From: Nitrospira sp.
GTDB taxonomy: Bacteria; Nitrospirota; Nitrospiria; Nitrospirales; Nitrospiraceae
NCBI GenBank assembly: GCA_031405355.1
Contig: JANNIV010000266.1
Location: forward strand, 1 to 62,688
Reading direction: 5' to 3'
Length of the DNA stretch: 62,688 nucleotides
A program made the position numbers and the translations under genes. This document shows positions 61,175 to 62,688 of the stretch, one piece after another; within the stretch, counting starts at the first letter, position 1; every line of letters starts with the position of its first letter. Under the pieces are notes generated by a model, which was given only the letters and a program-made list of their open reading frames with translations, made no database searches and was not told the origin of the DNA.

Positions 61175-62518
61175 ATGCTATCTGACCGAAGTAACCAGAG
61201 TAACCAGGCGGAAGCGGCAGTCGAATCTATTGAATCGGTCGGCGTGGAAGTGGTTGCGCCCATCCCGATTCCTGAATATGTCCACGAACTGGTCACGCGA
61301 GCCAAGGGGGCCGCTGGCCGGCTGGCGACGCTCTCGACCACAGTGAAGAACCGGGCCCTTCTCGCGATGGCAGAGGCGCTGGAAGCGCAGACGGATGCGC
61401 TTCTGGCCGCGAATGAACTGGATCTGGAGGCCTTCGGCACTGAACCGGAGAAGAAGGCGATGGCGGATCGGCTGCGTCTGACGGCCAAGAGGATTGTCGA
61501 GATGGCGTCCGGCCTGCGCGAGGTGGCTGCGCTTCCTGATCCGCTCGGCGACATGCCGAAGATGTGGACAAGGCCGAATGGGATGCAGGTGGGGCGTGTG
61601 CGGGTTCCGATCGGCGTCATTGGAATTATTTATGAGTCCCGTCCGAACGTCACGGCTGATTCCGCCGCCCTCTGCTTGAAGTCCGGGAACGCCTGTGTGC
61701 TTCGGGGAGGGAGCGAGGCGATCCATTCGAATACGGCGATTGCCACGGTCCTATCGGAGGCGGCGGAGAAAGCCGGGATCCCGGCCGGAGCGATCACCTT
61801 TATCGCGCGGCCCGACCGTGAGCTGGTTCCTCTTTTGCTGAAGCAAGATCGCTACATCGATTTGATTATCCCGCGCGGCGGCGAATCGCTGATGCGCGTC
61901 ATCACCGAGCATGCCACGATCCCCGTCGTCAGGCACGATGCCGGCGTCTGTCACATTTATGTCGATGCTGATGCCGATCCCGCTATGGCGGAGCGGGTCT
62001 GCTTCAACGCAAAGGTACAGCGTCCGTCGACCTGCAATGCGATGGAGACCCTCTTAGTCCACCAGGGCATTGCGCGTCATTGGCTTGCTCCCTTCATCGA
62101 GAAGTTGGTGGCGGCTAAGGTCGAGGTCCGCGGCTGCCAGAAAACCTGTCAGCTGTCATCGGCGGCTATAGCCGCAAGCGACGATGATTTCGGAAAAGAA
62201 TTCCTCGATCTCACCGTCGCTGTGAAAGTGGTCAAGAATGTCGATGAAGCGATGGAGCATATTGCCAAGTATGGCTCGCGCCATACGGAAGCCATCGTGA
62301 CATCCGACTATCCAAAGGCCATGAGGTTTCTGCGCGAAGTTGACGCCAGCGCCGTACTGGTGAATGCTTCGACCAGGTTGAACGATGGCTACCAGTTCGG
62401 ACTGGGAGCAGAAATCGGAATCAGCACATCCCGTATCCATGCCCGAGGCCCGATGGGCCTGGAAGAATTGACCTGCTTCAAGTTTATCGTCATGGGGAGC
62501 GGGCAAGTCCGCGAGTAA
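61175..62518 (+). CDS. proA: Gamma-glutamyl phosphate reductase
   Basis: Aldehyde-dehydrogenase-type ProA blocks: VIGIIYESRPNVT, LKSGNA..LRGG, RHTEAI.T and NASTRLNDG..FGLGAEIGIST. Compared with E. coli ProA as I recall it, the N-terminus is about 30 aa longer, so a later start (for example GTG 61244) is possible. Confidence 0.92.
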   Translation: MLSDRSNQSNQAEAAVESIESVGVEVVAPIPIPEYVHELVTRAKGAAGRLATLSTTVKNRALLAMAEALEAQTDALLAANELDLEAFGTEPEKKAMADRLRLTAKRIVEMASGLREVAALPDPLGDMPKMWTRPNGMQVGRVRVPIGVIGIIYESRPNVTADSAALCLKSGNACVLRGGSEAIHSNTAIATVLSEAAEKAGIPAGAITFIARPDRELVPLLLKQDRYIDLIIPRGGESLMRVITEHATIPVVRHDAGVCHIYVDADADPAMAERVCFNAKVQRPSTCNAMETLLVHQGIARHWLAPFIEKLVAAKVEVRGCQKTCQLSSAAIAASDDDFGKEFLDLTVAVKVVKNVDEAMEHIAKYGSRHTEAIVTSDYPKAMRFLREVDASAVLVNASTRLNDGYQFGLGAEIGISTSRIHARGPMGLEELTCFKFIVMGSGQVRE

Positions 62519-62646
62519 GCAGGTTGCTGAAACAGGCCCCCAACTTCGTTCTCAGTCGTTCGAACCCCTCAACGTACCGAATGTGTACGCCTCGGGGTTC
62601 TCTCTCCTTGTGGCCTCGTTGGCTGACCTGTTTGAGCAGCCCGCAG
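62519..62646. mobile_element. MITE-like element, family 2, copy 4 (starts 1 nt after the proA stop)
   Basis: GCAGGTTGCTGAAACAGGCC ... CCTCAACGTAC-CGAATGT-GTACGCCTCGGGG ... GACCTGTTTGAGCAGCCCGC. Same orientation as copy 2. Confidence 0.75.
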
Positions 62647-62688
62647 CATAATTGAGATCATTTCTTGTGAATCCCTCAGCGCTTGCCT

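Overview
This 62.7-kb window comes from a Gram-negative (diderm) bacterium with moderately high GC. The lineage cannot be fixed without a database search. One very large, almost entirely plus-strand extracellular-polysaccharide (EPS) locus of the PEP-CTERM/exosortase-associated type dominates the window. It holds about 50 genes, many joined by ATGA/TTGA start-stop overlaps, which implies long operons.

Layout:
(i) 1-218: a hicA(-hicB) toxin-antitoxin pair at the left edge.
(ii) 0.3-7.3 kb: two PEP-CTERM-tailed secreted proteins, a PrsT-like TPR lipoprotein and a nucleotide-sugar dehydrogenase. Copies of an unusual mosaic hairpin repeat family fill nearly every intergenic gap in this block. The family has GGCTGAAGG/CCTTCAGCC arms, GAACTTCGAACC hairpins, heptamer microsatellites and strikingly phased 9-bp palindromic arrays.
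(iii) 7.6-15.3 kb: the export/chain-length/priming core, with two Wza-like exporters, an EpsL-like beta-barrel, a fused Wzz/BY-kinase, a priming sugar transferase, a deacetylase and a NusG paralog.
(iv) 15.4-58.2 kb: tailoring and assembly genes. These are a carbamoyltransferase-SxtJ-DUF5989 triad, phosphosulfolactate synthase/phosphatase (comA/comB), three ATP-grasp ligases, a CapA-like protein and a CapK-like adenylating enzyme. They also include two FemAB-like transferases, two AsnB-type amidotransferases, a DegT aminotransferase, deacetylases, two methyltransferases and five glycosyltransferases. Two Wzx flippases, a Wzy-like polymerase and four SGNH hydrolase paralogs complete the set.
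(v) Right edge: a minus-strand secreted lyase-like protein, UDP-glucuronate decarboxylase and proA.

A second, unrelated MITE-like repeat (terminal inverted repeat GCAGGATGCTGAAAAA) occurs four times. I recognised no rRNA, tRNA, CRISPR array, transposase, exosortase (XrtA/EpsH) or PrsK/PrsR regulator gene in the window. All functional calls come from recognising motifs by eye in the supplied translations, and none has been verified by a search.
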